The translations under genes and the position numbers were made by a program. The notes beneath the pieces are model-generated. The model was not told where the DNA came from. It did not search any database and saw only the letters and a program-made list of their open reading frames with translations. From Dehalococcoidia bacterium (GTDB lineage: Bacteria; Chloroflexota; Dehalococcoidia; UBA2979), in contig OZ252250.1 in assembly GCA_965249675.1 (NCBI GenBank), positions 2,461,372 through 2,525,371 on the forward strand: a DNA stretch of 64,000 nt, read 5' to 3'. Shown here one piece after another: positions 28,855-39,392 of this stretch (the first letter of the stretch is position 1; each line of letters starts with the position of its first letter).

Positions 28855-31296
28855 CTAAAGCGGTGGGCGGTCGCTTCGAGCCGCGCTCGTGTCTGTCTCC
28901 CCGGACTCTTCTTCATCCCGCGCCAGCAGCACCTCGCGGGAATTCGTGCCGTCTGGCGGCGCGACGATGCCGCGATCTTCCAGCTGATCCATCGTGCGCG
29001 CCGCCCGCGGATAACCGATGTGGAGCTTGCGTTGGAGCATCGAGGTGGAGAGCGTCTCCTGCGCTCGGGCGAGCTCGATAGCCTGGGCGAGCAGCGGGTC
29101 ATCTTCGCCGGAGATCTCGCGCTCCTGCCGGTCCTCAATCTCGCGCGCGGCCTCATGCAGCAGGTCGTCGAACGTCTCGGGGCGCAGTTCACTAAACCGA
29201 TCGGCGGTCCAAAATGACACCAGTCTCTGAATCTCCTGGTCGCTCACGAACACACCCTGGACGCGCAACGGCTTCTGCTCTTCCGGCGGCACATAGAGCA
29301 TGTCGCCGCGGCCGAGCAACTTCTCGGCGCCGCCCTGGTCCAGGACCGTGCGCGAGTCGACCGATGACGCCACGGCGAAGGCGATGCGGGTCGGGAAGTT
29401 CGCCTTGATCAGTCCGGTGATGACGTCGACCGACGGCCGCTGTGTTGCGACGACCAGGTGGATCCCCGTCGCTCTTGCCAGCTGTGCCAGACGCACGAGC
29501 TGCGTCTCGACCTGGAACGGAGCGGCGATCATGAGGTCGGCGAGCTCATCGATGACCACGACCCAGTAGGGGATCCGGGTCCCTGCCGGTCGGTCGTTAT
29601 AGGCCGCAACGTTGCGAACGCCGGCTGCGGCAAACTTGCGGTAGCGAGACTCCATCTCATTGATCACCGCCTGCAGCGTTCCGACCACTTCGTCCATCTC
29701 GACGACGATTCGTGAGAAGGCAAGGTGCGGAATCGCCGCGAAGTCGGCCAGCTCGACCCGCTTCGGGTCGATCATCACGAGCCGTAGCTGCTCTGGGGAG
29801 AGGTGCATCAGAAGTCCGCTGATGATCGCGTTCAGGCAGACCGACTTGCCCGCACCCGTGGTGCCGGCGATGAGGACGTGTGGCATCTTGGCGAGGTCAG
29901 CGATCACCGGCTCGCCTGATACGCCCTGGCCGAGTGCAATGGGGAGAGCCATCTTTGTCAGCGCCTCGCGGTACTGCGATGTCTGCATGACCTCACGCAG
30001 GGTCACCGGGACGGTGTCCCGGTTCGGGACCTCAATACCAACCATCGGCTTACCGGGCACGGGGGCCTCAATCCGCAGGGCCGGGGCCGCGAGAGCCAGC
30101 GCCAGGTCGTTATTGAGAGCGGTGATGCGGCTGACCCGGATTCGCGTACGCGCGGTCTCAACCTCACGCCGCACCGGTTGGCCATCGTCGTCGAGTATCG
30201 GACGCCCGGAGGCGTCCTGCTCGGTGACCAGTCGCGACTTCACATCCCACCCGGGCTCGACGCCGAACTGCGTGATGGTCGGACCTTCGTTGACCTGAAC
30301 GACCCGAGCATCGACACCGAAGGAGGCGAGCGTTTCAGTGATCAGTTCCGCCCGCCGCTGGTTGTCGACGGTGCGGGAGGGACCGGCGGGGGCCTCCTCA
30401 AGCACCGTGATCGGCGGGAGTGGCCATCCGTCCTCGGAGTGGCGGAGCTGATCGACCGGCGTCTCCATGTCCATGGGCATCTGCTTCGCCGGCCGATCTG
30501 GCGCATCCGGCGCGCTGCTGTCCGCGGCAAGGCCAGCCGCCGGCGGCGCTGATTGGTCGTCGGTGACAACAACAGGAGGCACCAGCTCTGGCATGGGCGG
30601 CCCTGCGATCTCTTCGATCGGGTCGGCAACAGGTGGCCCGGCAGCGGGGGAGGGGCGGCCCAGCCGCACCGAGGCCACCTGAGCGGAGACCCGGGTAATG
30701 GCGCGCCACGCGTGGCGGTCGAGGCGCGCTCTCCAGAGTTCGGTCAACCCCACTACGCCTGTGGCGAGCGTGCCTCGACCGAGTGCCGAGGCGGTGCGTG
30801 GCCATACCAGGGCGAAGCCACTCAAGCCCAGCAGAACCCAGACGGCGGTCCCGTCCGGCCAGACCGTCAGCGAGCGGCCGAGGTCCCCACCGACCGAGTG
30901 AATGGAAAGCGGGACCTCCCCGATCTCGCGATCAGGATGCCAGTGGCCGAGCGCCCCGGCCAGGAATCCGGCGAGCCCCACAGCGCCCACGAGCTGCCGC
31001 CGGTGCGCCAAGAGTCGGTTGATCCGCCGCGTTGCGATCAGGAGCCCCAGAACGCCTACTACCAGCACCAGCGTGAAGGCGTGGACACCAAGCAATCGCA
31101 CGAGCTCGTCGGCTGCATCAGAGAGGATGCCCGTGAGTGACCAGAGGAACGGGACGGTTGCCGCGGCCAGCACGACGAGCGCCGTCCCGATGACCTCGGG
31201 GCGGATCAAGAGTCTCAGGGACGCCAGGACCCGATTGCTCGACCCGTTCGCGCCCGGGCGAGACGGGGCACGGCGGGCGCCGCCACTGTGGGCCAT
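28855..31296 (-). CDS. ftsK: DNA translocase FtsK/SpoIIIE
   Basis: N-terminal TM helices, Pro-rich linker, motor domain with Walker A AGTTGAGKSVCLN, C-terminal gamma winged helix. Confidence 0.9.
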   Translation of the reverse strand: MAHSGGARRAPSRPGANGSSNRVLASLRLLIRPEVIGTALVVLAAATVPFLWSLTGILSDAADELVRLLGVHAFTLVLVVGVLGLLIATRRINRLLAHRRQLVGAVGLAGFLAGALGHWHPDREIGEVPLSIHSVGGDLGRSLTVWPDGTAVWVLLGLSGFALVWPRTASALGRGTLATGVVGLTELWRARLDRHAWRAITRVSAQVASVRLGRPSPAAGPPVADPIEEIAGPPMPELVPPVVVTDDQSAPPAAGLAADSSAPDAPDRPAKQMPMDMETPVDQLRHSEDGWPLPPITVLEEAPAGPSRTVDNQRRAELITETLASFGVDARVVQVNEGPTITQFGVEPGWDVKSRLVTEQDASGRPILDDDGQPVRREVETARTRIRVSRITALNNDLALALAAPALRIEAPVPGKPMVGIEVPNRDTVPVTLREVMQTSQYREALTKMALPIALGQGVSGEPVIADLAKMPHVLIAGTTGAGKSVCLNAIISGLLMHLSPEQLRLVMIDPKRVELADFAAIPHLAFSRIVVEMDEVVGTLQAVINEMESRYRKFAAAGVRNVAAYNDRPAGTRIPYWVVVIDELADLMIAAPFQVETQLVRLAQLARATGIHLVVATQRPSVDVITGLIKANFPTRIAFAVASSVDSRTVLDQGGAEKLLGRGDMLYVPPEEQKPLRVQGVFVSDQEIQRLVSFWTADRFSELRPETFDDLLHEAAREIEDRQEREISGEDDPLLAQAIELARAQETLSTSMLQRKLHIGYPRAARTMDQLEDRGIVAPPDGTNSREVLLARDEEESGETDTSAARSDRPPL

Positions 31297-31361
31297 GACT
31301 CTCTCCTCCCTGAGCGTGACTCGGCGGTGTTTCTCCGGCCGAGCCGAGCGGCTGGTCTGCC

Positions 31362-33032
31362 TCAGATCTCCAGCATGACGGGTAGCACCAGCGGGCGCCG
31401 GTGGGTCTCCTTGTAGAGGTAGCGTGCGATCTGATCCTTCAGGCTCTCGTGAAGCTGGCTCCAGTTGAGGGAGCGCGCATCAACGCTGAGGGTCTCACCG
31501 ACGATCCTCTGGGCACCAGAGTAGATCTTGTCCTCGTCGTCGGGGCCGATGAACCCGTGTGACATCACCTCCGGCGTTCCGATGAGATCGCCGGTATGGC
31601 GATCGACGGCCGCGATCACGACGAACATGCCGTCGGTCGCGAGATGCTGACGGTCGCGGAGCACGATGTGGTCGATGTCGCCCACGCCCAGGCCGTCGAC
31701 GTAGATGTAGTCGGCTGGCACCTCATCGACGATCTCCGCAAAATCCTGACCGATCTCAAGTACGTCGCCGTCCTTTAGCACGAAGGCCTGCTCAGGCTCC
31801 ATTCCGAGGTCGAGCGCGAGCTGGCCATGCAGTGCCAGGTGTCGATACTCACCGTGGATCGGCACGAAGTTCAGAGGCCGCACGATGCGGTGGATGATCT
31901 TGAGCTCTTCCCTAGCGGCGTGCCCTCGAACGTGGACGTCGTCGATGCGGTTGTAGATCACGTTCGCGCCGGCTTCGAAGAGGAGATTGATGTTTCGAGA
32001 CACCGACTTCTCGTTTCCGGGCACAGGATTTGAGGAGAGGATAACGGTGTCGCCCTCCTGGATCGCGATGTGCTGGTGCGAGCCCTTGGCGATGCGCGTC
32101 AGCGCGGAGTTCGGTTCCCCCTGCGAGCCGGTGCAGATCACGATGCTTTTCTCGGGTGGGTGGTTGCGCATCTCTCGCATCGACATCAGCACCTGGTCGG
32201 GCGCGGAGAGGTAGCCGAGGTCACGGGCCATCTGGACGTTGTTGATCATCGACCGCCCGGTGACGAAGACTCGCCGGTCGTACTTGACCGCGGCATCGAG
32301 CACCATCTGCACGCGCGAGATCAACGAGGCGAACGTGGTGACGATTACCCGCCCCGGAGCGTTCGCGACAGCGTGGTCTATCCGCTGCGCGACGCGTTGC
32401 TCCGAGGGGGTCGCCCCCTCGATCTCGGCGTAGGTGGAGTCGGCGCAGAGCAGCAGCGCCCCGTCCCGGCCGATCTCAGCGAGGCGAGTGAGGTCGGTGT
32501 GCTGCCCCATCACCGGGGTGTGATCGATCTTGAAGTCCCCGGTGTGGACCACCGCGCCCAGGGGCGTGTGGATGATCACACCGGCCGAATCGGGGATCGA
32601 ATGTGAGACTGAGAAGAACTCGACCTCGAACGGGCCAAGTTTCACCGTCTGTCCGGGCTCGACAACGCGCACGTCGATCTCGTCGAGGAGTCCGTGGTCG
32701 CGCAGCTTGACCTGGAGCAGCCCCCGCGTCAGGCGAGTGCAGAAGACTGGCACAGCAAACTCGCGCAACAGGAAGGCGGCAGCGCCGATATGGTCCTCAT
32801 GGCCGTGAGTGAGGAAGAGCGCCTGGAATTGCACGTCATCCTCTCTGAGGTAGCTGAAGTCCGGAATGATGATGTCGACGCCCATGTGCTGGTCGTCGGG
32901 GAACATCAGACCACAGTCGACGGCGATGGCCTCCCCCTCGATCTCGTAGAGCATCATGTTTCGGCCGATGTCGCCGAGTCCGCCGAGCGGGACAACGCGT
33001 AGCAGCTCGTCACCGGTCTCTGATCTGGTCAA
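31362..33032 (-). CDS. rnj: ribonuclease J
   Basis: Metallo-beta-lactamase motif LTHGHEDHIGA, beta-CASP and C-terminal domain; 556 aa. Confidence 0.9.
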   Translation of the reverse strand: MTRSETGDELLRVVPLGGLGDIGRNMMLYEIEGEAIAVDCGLMFPDDQHMGVDIIIPDFSYLREDDVQFQALFLTHGHEDHIGAAAFLLREFAVPVFCTRLTRGLLQVKLRDHGLLDEIDVRVVEPGQTVKLGPFEVEFFSVSHSIPDSAGVIIHTPLGAVVHTGDFKIDHTPVMGQHTDLTRLAEIGRDGALLLCADSTYAEIEGATPSEQRVAQRIDHAVANAPGRVIVTTFASLISRVQMVLDAAVKYDRRVFVTGRSMINNVQMARDLGYLSAPDQVLMSMREMRNHPPEKSIVICTGSQGEPNSALTRIAKGSHQHIAIQEGDTVILSSNPVPGNEKSVSRNINLLFEAGANVIYNRIDDVHVRGHAAREELKIIHRIVRPLNFVPIHGEYRHLALHGQLALDLGMEPEQAFVLKDGDVLEIGQDFAEIVDEVPADYIYVDGLGVGDIDHIVLRDRQHLATDGMFVVIAAVDRHTGDLIGTPEVMSHGFIGPDDEDKIYSGAQRIVGETLSVDARSLNWSQLHESLKDQIARYLYKETHRRPLVLPVMLEI

Positions 33033-33858
33033 AAGAGTCGCTCCTGAGCGGGTAGCGGTCCCCCCCGGTCGAAGACCGACTGGGATTCGAGACCGGCGTC
33101 TTCGGGTTCTGCAGATGATGGCAGGGGCATGAAGCCCTCCAGTGTCAGCCCCGGGGGGGCGTCGATGATGCCCTGTATCGGGGCCGCCTGGTCGGGAGGG
33201 CGCTCGCCCTCCATTCCGACCGGTCTCCCCCGACCGTCGTCGAGCGTGCTCTCCTCGGGGATGCCCTGGCGGTCCACAGCGGCCGTCGGATCGTCTCCCA
33301 GTAGCTCCCCGATCTTCCCGAAGTCGGCGATCATCACTTCACGGAGGCTGCCATTCCGCAGAGCCGCGGCCGGGTGGTACATGGGAATGACGTGGCGATC
33401 GTCGATCACGTGTGCCTGTCCGTGAATCTGACTGATCTTGGCTTGCGGGAACCACAGCGCCATCGAGAAGCGGCCAAGCGTCGCGATGACACTGGGATCG
33501 ACACGGGCGATCTGCTCCTGGAGGTAGTCGGCACAGGCCGCGATCTCCTCCGCCTGCGGATCACGATTCCCCGGTGGTCGACACTTCACGACGTTGGTCA
33601 CGTAGACGCTGCTGCGGGTCTCCCCGATCTCGGCCAGCAGCTGGTCGAGGAACTGTCCGGCACGTCCGACGAACGGGATGCCCTGCTCATCCTCGCGTTG
33701 GCCCGGACCCTCGCCGATCAGCATCAGCCGGGCGGTCACCGGGCCAGACCCGGGAACGGTCCGCGTCCGCGTGCGTGCGAGCGCGCAGCGCGGGCAGTCG
33801 GCAATGGTCTGGTAGAGCGGCACCAGCTCCGGCGGGGTCTCGACGGTGCTGTGGCGGT
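33029..33858 (-). CDS. uracil-DNA glycosylase, family 4, with ~100-aa acidic/Pro-rich C-terminal extension
   Basis: CPRCALA...[24 protein letters not shown]...[10 protein letters not shown] motifs. GTG start at 33858 chosen because the longer ORF would overlap tatC; stop overlaps the rnj start. Confidence 0.75.
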
Positions 33859-33860
33859 CA

Positions 33861-34628
33861 TCACTCACGGCGCACGATCCAGGCAAGCCCGATCCCGAAC
33901 AGGTAGAGGATGAAGAGCGGCCCACCGACCAGCGTCTGCGTGATCGGGTCAGGCGTCGGCGTCGCGATCGCCGAGATGGCGAAGGAGCCGACCAGCGCCC
34001 AGCGCCACCAGCCCAGCAGCTTCTTCGAGCTGACGACGCCGAACTTCGCAAGTCCCATGATCACCAACGGCGTCTCGAACACGAACCCCATTACTAAGAG
34101 CAATCGAATCGTCAGGTCCATATAGCTGCTGATCGTCGGCGTGACGTCGGCGAATTCGCTGCCGAAACTGAACAGGAAGGCATAGGCCGTCGGCAGGACG
34201 AGCAGGTATCCGAACACCAGGCCCGCGAAGAAGGAGAGCGTGGTGCCGATCACGATCGGCAATACCCAGCGTTTCTCCTGCGGGGTCAGTGCCGGCGTTA
34301 CGAACCGCAGCACCTGATAGATCAACATGGGCATGCCGAGCGTCACGCCACCGAGCAGTGCCACGCGGAAGTAGGTGAAGATGTTCTCCATCGGTGTGAT
34401 CGCCTGGGCCCTGAAGTCAGGATTCTGATCGAGCGCTGGTTCGGTCAGGAAGTCGATCGCCGCGATGCCGATCGGGAAGTAGAAGAACGGGACCATTCCG
34501 ACAACCACGGCGCCGGCGGACCAGGTGACGCGGCTCCGGAGTTCGAGCAGGTGATCGAGCAGCGACATCTCACCACCGGTGAGCTGCGGTTCGGTCACGC
34601 GCTCCGCCTCGGTCGGTCCCGAAGTCAT
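33861..34628 (-). CDS. tatC: twin-arginine translocase subunit TatC
   Basis: MSLLDHLLELRSRV start, six predicted TM helices, family-typical length. Confidence 0.85.
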   Translation of the reverse strand: MTSGPTEAERVTEPQLTGGEMSLLDHLLELRSRVTWSAGAVVVGMVPFFYFPIGIAAIDFLTEPALDQNPDFRAQAITPMENIFTYFRVALLGGVTLGMPMLIYQVLRFVTPALTPQEKRWVLPIVIGTTLSFFAGLVFGYLLVLPTAYAFLFSFGSEFADVTPTISSYMDLTIRLLLVMGFVFETPLVIMGLAKFGVVSSKKLLGWWRWALVGSFAISAIATPTPDPITQTLVGGPLFILYLFGIGLAWIVRRE

Positions 34629-34643
34629 CTGGCGCGCCCCACG

Positions 34644-35072
34644 CTACCGCTCAGTGGTGCGCTTCGACGGCCGAACCGACGGGGAAGCGGCGTCCTGGTC
34701 AGGTGGTGTCGTCTCGGTACCCTCGACCGCAGAGGCGGTGGGCCCGGTTGTAGTCGGCTGTGCCCCGTCGCTCACGGCCCCATCGCTCACGGCCTCGTCG
34801 CTCACGGCCTCGACATCCTCACGGACGGCCCGCAGATCCGAACTCACATCGCCAAGAGCACGCAGCTCGGCCGTCTCCTCGTTGATCTCGTGTTCGATCT
34901 CATCGACGGCAGCGCGAACGTCCCGCATCACCTCGTTGGTGTAGCGGCGGGCCACCCGGAACCAGCGACCGGCGTGCCGGGCGATCTCCGGGAAGCGTTG
35001 AGGGCCGACGACGATCATCGCCAGCACCATCACCACTAGGGCCTCCGAGGCACCGACACCGAAGAGATTCAT
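34644..35072 (-). CDS. tatA: twin-arginine translocase TatA/TatB-family protein
   Basis: MNLFGVGASEALVVMVLAMIVVGPQRFPEIARHAGR: TM helix plus amphipathic helix, then an acidic tail. Confidence 0.8.
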   Translation of the reverse strand: MNLFGVGASEALVVMVLAMIVVGPQRFPEIARHAGRWFRVARRYTNEVMRDVRAAVDEIEHEINEETAELRALGDVSSDLRAVREDVEAVSDEAVSDGAVSDGAQPTTTGPTASAVEGTETTPPDQDAASPSVRPSKRTTER

Positions 35073-35151
35073 TGGCCTTCACAATACGCAACGGCCAGCC
35101 TCTTTGGGGGTACACGGAGACTGCAGATCGCCCCAGAGGACATCTGAGTGG

Positions 35152-35412
35152 CTAGGAATCCTCGACGCCCGCGTCCTTCAGGAAGTCGATTGCGTCCTGA
35201 ACGGCCTGGATTTTCTCCGCATCATCGTCAGAGATCTCAAGGCCTTCAGCGTCCCCGGCGAACTCTTCCTCGATCGACATGATGAGTTCCACCAGATCGA
35301 GCGAATCCGCATTCAGGTCGTCGACGAACGAGGCGCTCGGCGCCACGTCTTCCTCGTCGACGCCGAGCTGTTCAACAATCAGCGCACGCACACGCTCGTA
35401 GATCGATGCCAC
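35152..35412 (-). CDS. acpP: acyl carrier protein
   Basis: [20 protein letters not shown] phosphopantetheine attachment motif. Confidence 0.9.
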   Translation of the reverse strand: MASIYERVRALIVEQLGVDEEDVAPSASFVDDLNADSLDLVELIMSIEEEFAGDAEGLEISDDDAEKIQAVQDAIDFLKDAGVEDS

Positions 35413-35451
35413 TGTCGCGTCTCCTCACCATCTGCACACTTGGCTCTGGGT

Positions 35452-35886
35452 CTACGAGCCATCATCGCTTCTGCTGGCGACCTCAAGGGCGACCGCACCC
35501 AGCACACCATTCACAAAACGCCCTGATGACTGTGACCCGTACCCCTTGGCAATCTCGACGGCCTCGTTGATCGCGACCCGGAGCGGAGCGCCGCGATTAT
35601 CAAAGAGCACCTCGTAGATTGCAAGACGCAGGACGTTACGGTCGACTGGAGCCATCTGGTCCAGCGGGAACGCCGTAGCGTGGCGCTCGATCAACCGGTC
35701 GATCTCCTCGCGATGCGCTTCCACTCCGCCCGCCAGTTCACGAACGAAGGTGGCGTGAGTGGGGCCGAGCGATGACTCGCCGACACGCAGCGAAAGGACA
35801 TCGTGGAGGGGGCGACACTGCTGCTCGGCCTCGAAGAGGGTCTGAAACGCAAGGATCCGAGCTTGCCGTCGGGAGCCTGCTGGCAC
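35452..35886 (-). CDS. nusB: transcription antitermination factor NusB
   Basis: RRQARILAFQTLFEAE ... AINEAVEIAKGYGSQSSGRFVNGVLG. Confidence 0.85.
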   Translation of the reverse strand: MPAGSRRQARILAFQTLFEAEQQCRPLHDVLSLRVGESSLGPTHATFVRELAGGVEAHREEIDRLIERHATAFPLDQMAPVDRNVLRLAIYEVLFDNRGAPLRVAINEAVEIAKGYGSQSSGRFVNGVLGAVALEVASRSDDGS

Positions 35887-35896
35887 GATGCCCCCG

Positions 35897-36679
35897 TTAG
35901 GTCATCACCAGGCCGCCGTCGACGTTCAACGTCTGGCCGGTGATGTATGAAGCGGCGTCTGAGGCGAGGAACGCGACCAGGGGCGCGATCTCGTCGGGGG
36001 TGGCCGAGCGCTTCATCGGAATGCGCTCGCGAATCACCGCACGTTGCTCCTCTGAGAGCCCGGCGGTGAGGTCGGTCTCCACGAAGCCCGGCGCCACCGC
36101 GTTCACGGTGATCCCGCGCGCCGCGACCTCGAGTGCGAGTGAATGTGTGAAGCCGAGGATCCCCGCCTTCGCGGCCGCATAGTTTGCCTGGCCGGGATTG
36201 CCGGACTGACCGACCACCGAGGTGATATTGATGATCCTGCCCCAGCGGCGGCGAATCATCGGGCGGAGCACCGCCTTGGTCGCCAGGAAGGTCCCTCGCA
36301 GGTTGGTATCCATCACCCGGTCCCAGGCCTCCTCAGACATCCGCATCACGAGCTGGTCCTGAGTGACTCCGGCATTGTTGACCAGGATGTCGACGCTGCC
36401 GAAGGCCCGCTCGCAGTCCTTGACGATACGCTCGAGGGCACCGCTCTCTCGAACGTCGGCCTCCATGATCTGGCAACCGACACCGAGCGCGCGCAGTTCG
36501 CGGGCGGACGACTCCGCCAGCGCTGAATTCTGACGATAGGTGATCACGAGATCGGCGCCGGCGCGGGCCAACTCGGTCGCGATCCCCCGTCCGATCCCGC
36601 GCCCCCCGCCGGTGACAATCGCGGCACGGCCCCGCAGGGAGAGTCGTCCGTCGGTGCCACGCGTTTCGGCTCTCATCAC
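35897..36679 (-). CDS. fabG: 3-oxoacyl-[ACP] reductase
   Basis: SDR Rossmann motif [16 protein letters not shown], catalytic Y-x3-K (YAAAKAG). Confidence 0.85.
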   Translation of the reverse strand: MMRAETRGTDGRLSLRGRAAIVTGGGRGIGRGIATELARAGADLVITYRQNSALAESSARELRALGVGCQIMEADVRESGALERIVKDCERAFGSVDILVNNAGVTQDQLVMRMSEEAWDRVMDTNLRGTFLATKAVLRPMIRRRWGRIINITSVVGQSGNPGQANYAAAKAGILGFTHSLALEVAARGITVNAVAPGFVETDLTAGLSEEQRAVIRERIPMKRSATPDEIAPLVAFLASDAASYITGQTLNVDGGLVMT

Positions 36680-37653
36680 TCCCCCCCGCTGCCTTCTGGA
36701 ACCAGATCGGCCTCGCTACCGAGACTGGCGGTGGTCAGGCCCCGATCGATGCGCCGTGCCAGGCCGGCAAGAATCCGGCCGGGCCCGAATTCTATCAGCG
36801 TGCTGATACCGGCGGCTTGCATTCTGGCCACGGAATCGGTCCACAGCACGGGGCTCGTCAGCTGGTCGACGAGCTCATCGGGGATCTCCTCAGGGCCCGC
36901 GAGTGGGATCGCAGTCACATTGGAAATCACCGGTATTGCAGGCTCTGTAAAGGATACGGAGGAGATAGCATCGCGCAGTCCCGGCGTAGCCGAGGCCATC
37001 AGCGGTGTGTGGAACGCCCCGGAGACGGCGAGCGGCAACACGCGACTGGCACCGGCCTCCTCGGCAGCGTGCGTGGCGTCATCAACCGCGGCCGCAGTGC
37101 CGCCGATCGTGATGTTGCCCGGTGCGTTGATGTTGCAGATCGCGGCGCCGGACCGGGCACAGATCTGCGAGAGCACGTGCGGCGCGAGCCCGAGGACCGC
37201 AGCCATCGTCCCCGGTTCCCGATCGCAAGCTTCCTGCATCAGGCGGCCGCGTTCTCGGACCAGACGCACGCCGTCTGCGAACCCGACTGCACCGGCGGCG
37301 ATCAGCGCCGCATACTCACCGAGCGAGTGTCCGGCGACGAAGGATGGGCGGGCAGTCACGATCCCCCGCTCCAGGGCGGCCGCCAGCGCCGCGATCGAGT
37401 GGGTCACGATCGCGGGCTGCGTGTTCACGGTGCGTCTCAGCTCATCATCCGGCCCTTCGAAGCAGAGCGATGAGAGTCCGATACCGAGCGCCTCGTCGGC
37501 TGAGTCGAAGACGGCTCGGGCCACGGCCGACCGCTCCGACAGGTCGGCGCCCATGCCAACGTGTTGCGCCCCCTGCCCGGGGAACACCCAGGCAACGTGC
37601 GGAGCCGGCGGCAGGCCGGCGATATCGCTCGCCAGGGTGGCGTTACCAGCCAT
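36676..37653 (-). CDS. fabD: malonyl-CoA:ACP transacylase
   Basis: [12 protein letters not shown] and active-site [10 protein letters not shown]. Confidence 0.9.
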   Translation of the reverse strand: MAGNATLASDIAGLPPAPHVAWVFPGQGAQHVGMGADLSERSAVARAVFDSADEALGIGLSSLCFEGPDDELRRTVNTQPAIVTHSIAALAAALERGIVTARPSFVAGHSLGEYAALIAAGAVGFADGVRLVRERGRLMQEACDREPGTMAAVLGLAPHVLSQICARSGAAICNINAPGNITIGGTAAAVDDATHAAEEAGASRVLPLAVSGAFHTPLMASATPGLRDAISSVSFTEPAIPVISNVTAIPLAGPEEIPDELVDQLTSPVLWTDSVARMQAAGISTLIEFGPGRILAGLARRIDRGLTTASLGSEADLVPEGSGGE

Positions 37654-37686
37654 CGGAGCCTCTCGAGCGCTCTGCCCGGGGCACGC

Positions 37687-37881
37687 CTATTCCGTCCCGG
37701 TGCCGAAGTCGGAGTCTTCCTCGATCGGATGGCCCTTACGGTCACGCGCGCCGCCCGCCGTATGGCTGACCTTCCAGCCACCGGTGGCGCGGTCACGAAC
37801 CAGGTTCGGCACGCTGAGCCGGTCGTGGCTGCGGCGCGATCCGCGCTTCGCCTTGGGCGTCCTTCGTTTAGGCAGGGCCAT
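37687..37881 (-). CDS. rpmF: 50S ribosomal protein L32
   Basis: MALPKRRTPKAKRGSRRSHDRL; internal ATG of the longer track ORF; classic yceD-rpmF pairing. Confidence 0.85.
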   Translation of the reverse strand: MALPKRRTPKAKRGSRRSHDRLSVPNLVRDRATGGWKVSHTAGGARDRKGHPIEEDSDFGTGTE

Positions 37882-38509
37882 CGTGATCCTCCTCGTGCAG
37901 TTCCGCGGTAAGTCCCGCCAGTGCTGACCACCGCTGGTCGACTGCTCGCGGCCTCGTCCCGGGACCGTCGGCCCTCGGCGGGATATCGGAGCCTCGGGCG
38001 CGCCGCTCCGGCGCCTCTGGCGCCTGCGGTCCGGCTCGGTCCGCATCACCTGCCGTCCCGACACCGTCGGGGGCAGCGAAGCCCGGGCAGTCGGGGCGAC
38101 AGAGCGGGACCAGCGGCACCGCTGACTCTTCATACTGCCGTACCGCCTCGCTGAGGTCGAGATGCCAGAACTCGTCGATCAGGAAATCATCCTGATCGTG
38201 CTGGGGTAGTTCGTGCGTCAGAGGATGGGGAGTACTCAGGACGAACTCCTCGTCGAACGCGATCTCGAGCCGGCGATCGAACATCCCCAGGCAGCGAGCA
38301 CACTCCAGCGGGACGCTCAGTGAGAGTCCGGCCGTCACGAGGACACCGCGTCCGGTGCGGATCAGCCGAGCCGTACCGTCAACTTCTCGTCGGTAGCCCC
38401 ACGACGGGACTTCCACCGCCTCCGCGGCGATCGTGAGATCGCGGGTGCTGCCGAGGCGTTCCTGAATCAGCGTCGCGACATTGACGAGCACCGGCGCCTC
38501 CGGAACCAT
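37868..38509 (-). CDS. yceD: YceD/DUF177 family protein
   Basis: Cys pairs CARC...CRPDC; position immediately upstream of rpmF; start taken at MVPEAPVL. Confidence 0.7.
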   Translation of the reverse strand: MVPEAPVLVNVATLIQERLGSTRDLTIAAEAVEVPSWGYRREVDGTARLIRTGRGVLVTAGLSLSVPLECARCLGMFDRRLEIAFDEEFVLSTPHPLTHELPQHDQDDFLIDEFWHLDLSEAVRQYEESAVPLVPLCRPDCPGFAAPDGVGTAGDADRAGPQAPEAPERRARGSDIPPRADGPGTRPRAVDQRWSALAGLTAELHEEDHDGPA

Positions 38510-38606
38510 CGTACGCCCGGCCGACCCGAGGGCTCCCGACGGGCGGTGTGATGAAGACAGCCCGTCGCCGGTGCTACGCTTCCGGGGCAGAAGGCTGGCG
38601 GAATCT

Positions 38607-39392
38607 GTGGGGGCGCGTTGCCTGGTGGGCTCGATAACCCGCGTACTGGCGCTCGCGCTCACCTGTCTCGGCATCGCTGCAGGGACCGCTGCCTGCAGCG
38701 ATCAGGAGAACGAACTGAGGATCTTCGCGGCGGCATCGCTCCAGGACGTGCTGCCCGCTCTGTTGCGCGACTACCAGAGCGGGGAGCGCGGCCAGCAGTT
38801 GCGGTTCGTCACCCGCTACGGCGGGTCGCAGGCGTTGGCCACCCAGATAGAACTGGGAGCCCAGGTCGACCTCTTCCTCCCGGCCAACCGAGAGCAGCTC
38901 GAACGGCTCGCCGGCGCCGGGATGGTCCGAGCCGCCGTGGCCTTCGCCGGAAATCGCCTGGTGGTTGCCGTGCCCGATGATTCGGAGATGGTGGCGATCG
39001 AAGATCTCGCGCGCCCGGGCACACGCATCGCCGCCGGGGCCCCGGAGGTTCCGATCGGCCTGCTGACCGCCCGAGCCCTGGCGCAGCTCGACCCCGGCCT
39101 GGCGGAGGCGATCGGGAGCCGGGTGGTCACTCGTGATCCGAACGTGCGGGTTGCGCTCTCTCGCGTCGAGCTCGGCGAGGTCGATGCGGCCTTCGTCTAC
39201 CAGACCGACCTGTCGTCCGCCACAGGCGTTCGCGCACTGAAACTGCCCCCCGCTCTCTCGCCCCTGACCAATCGGTACTGGGCTGCGACGCTCAGCGAGG
39301 CATCTCCCGAAACAGCATCCTTCGTCGCCTACCTCGCCGGCGACTCCGCTCAGTCGATCCTCGCGCGCGCTGGCTTCGAGTCGCTGCCATGA
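38607..39392 (+). CDS. modA: molybdate ABC transporter substrate-binding lipoprotein
   Basis: Lipobox LTCLGIAAGTAAC; ModA-like RIFAAASLQDVLPAL; GTG 38607 chosen to avoid overlap with divergent yceD. Confidence 0.75.
   Translation: MGARCLVGSITRVLALALTCLGIAAGTAACSDQENELRIFAAASLQDVLPALLRDYQSGERGQQLRFVTRYGGSQALATQIELGAQVDLFLPANREQLERLAGAGMVRAAVAFAGNRLVVAVPDDSEMVAIEDLARPGTRIAAGAPEVPIGLLTARALAQLDPGLAEAIGSRVVTRDPNVRVALSRVELGEVDAAFVYQTDLSSATGVRALKLPPALSPLTNRYWAATLSEASPETASFVAYLAGDSAQSILARAGFESLP

Noticed and set aside
33029-34051. 340-aa version of the UDG ORF with Arg/Ser-rich N-terminus
   Set aside because: The extension overlaps tatC on the same strand in another frame; GTG at 33858 immediately after the tatC stop gives the expected domain start.
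38481-38606. ATG start of modA at 38481
   Set aside because: Would overlap the divergent yceD start; the lipoprotein signal peptide begins at the GTG at 38607.
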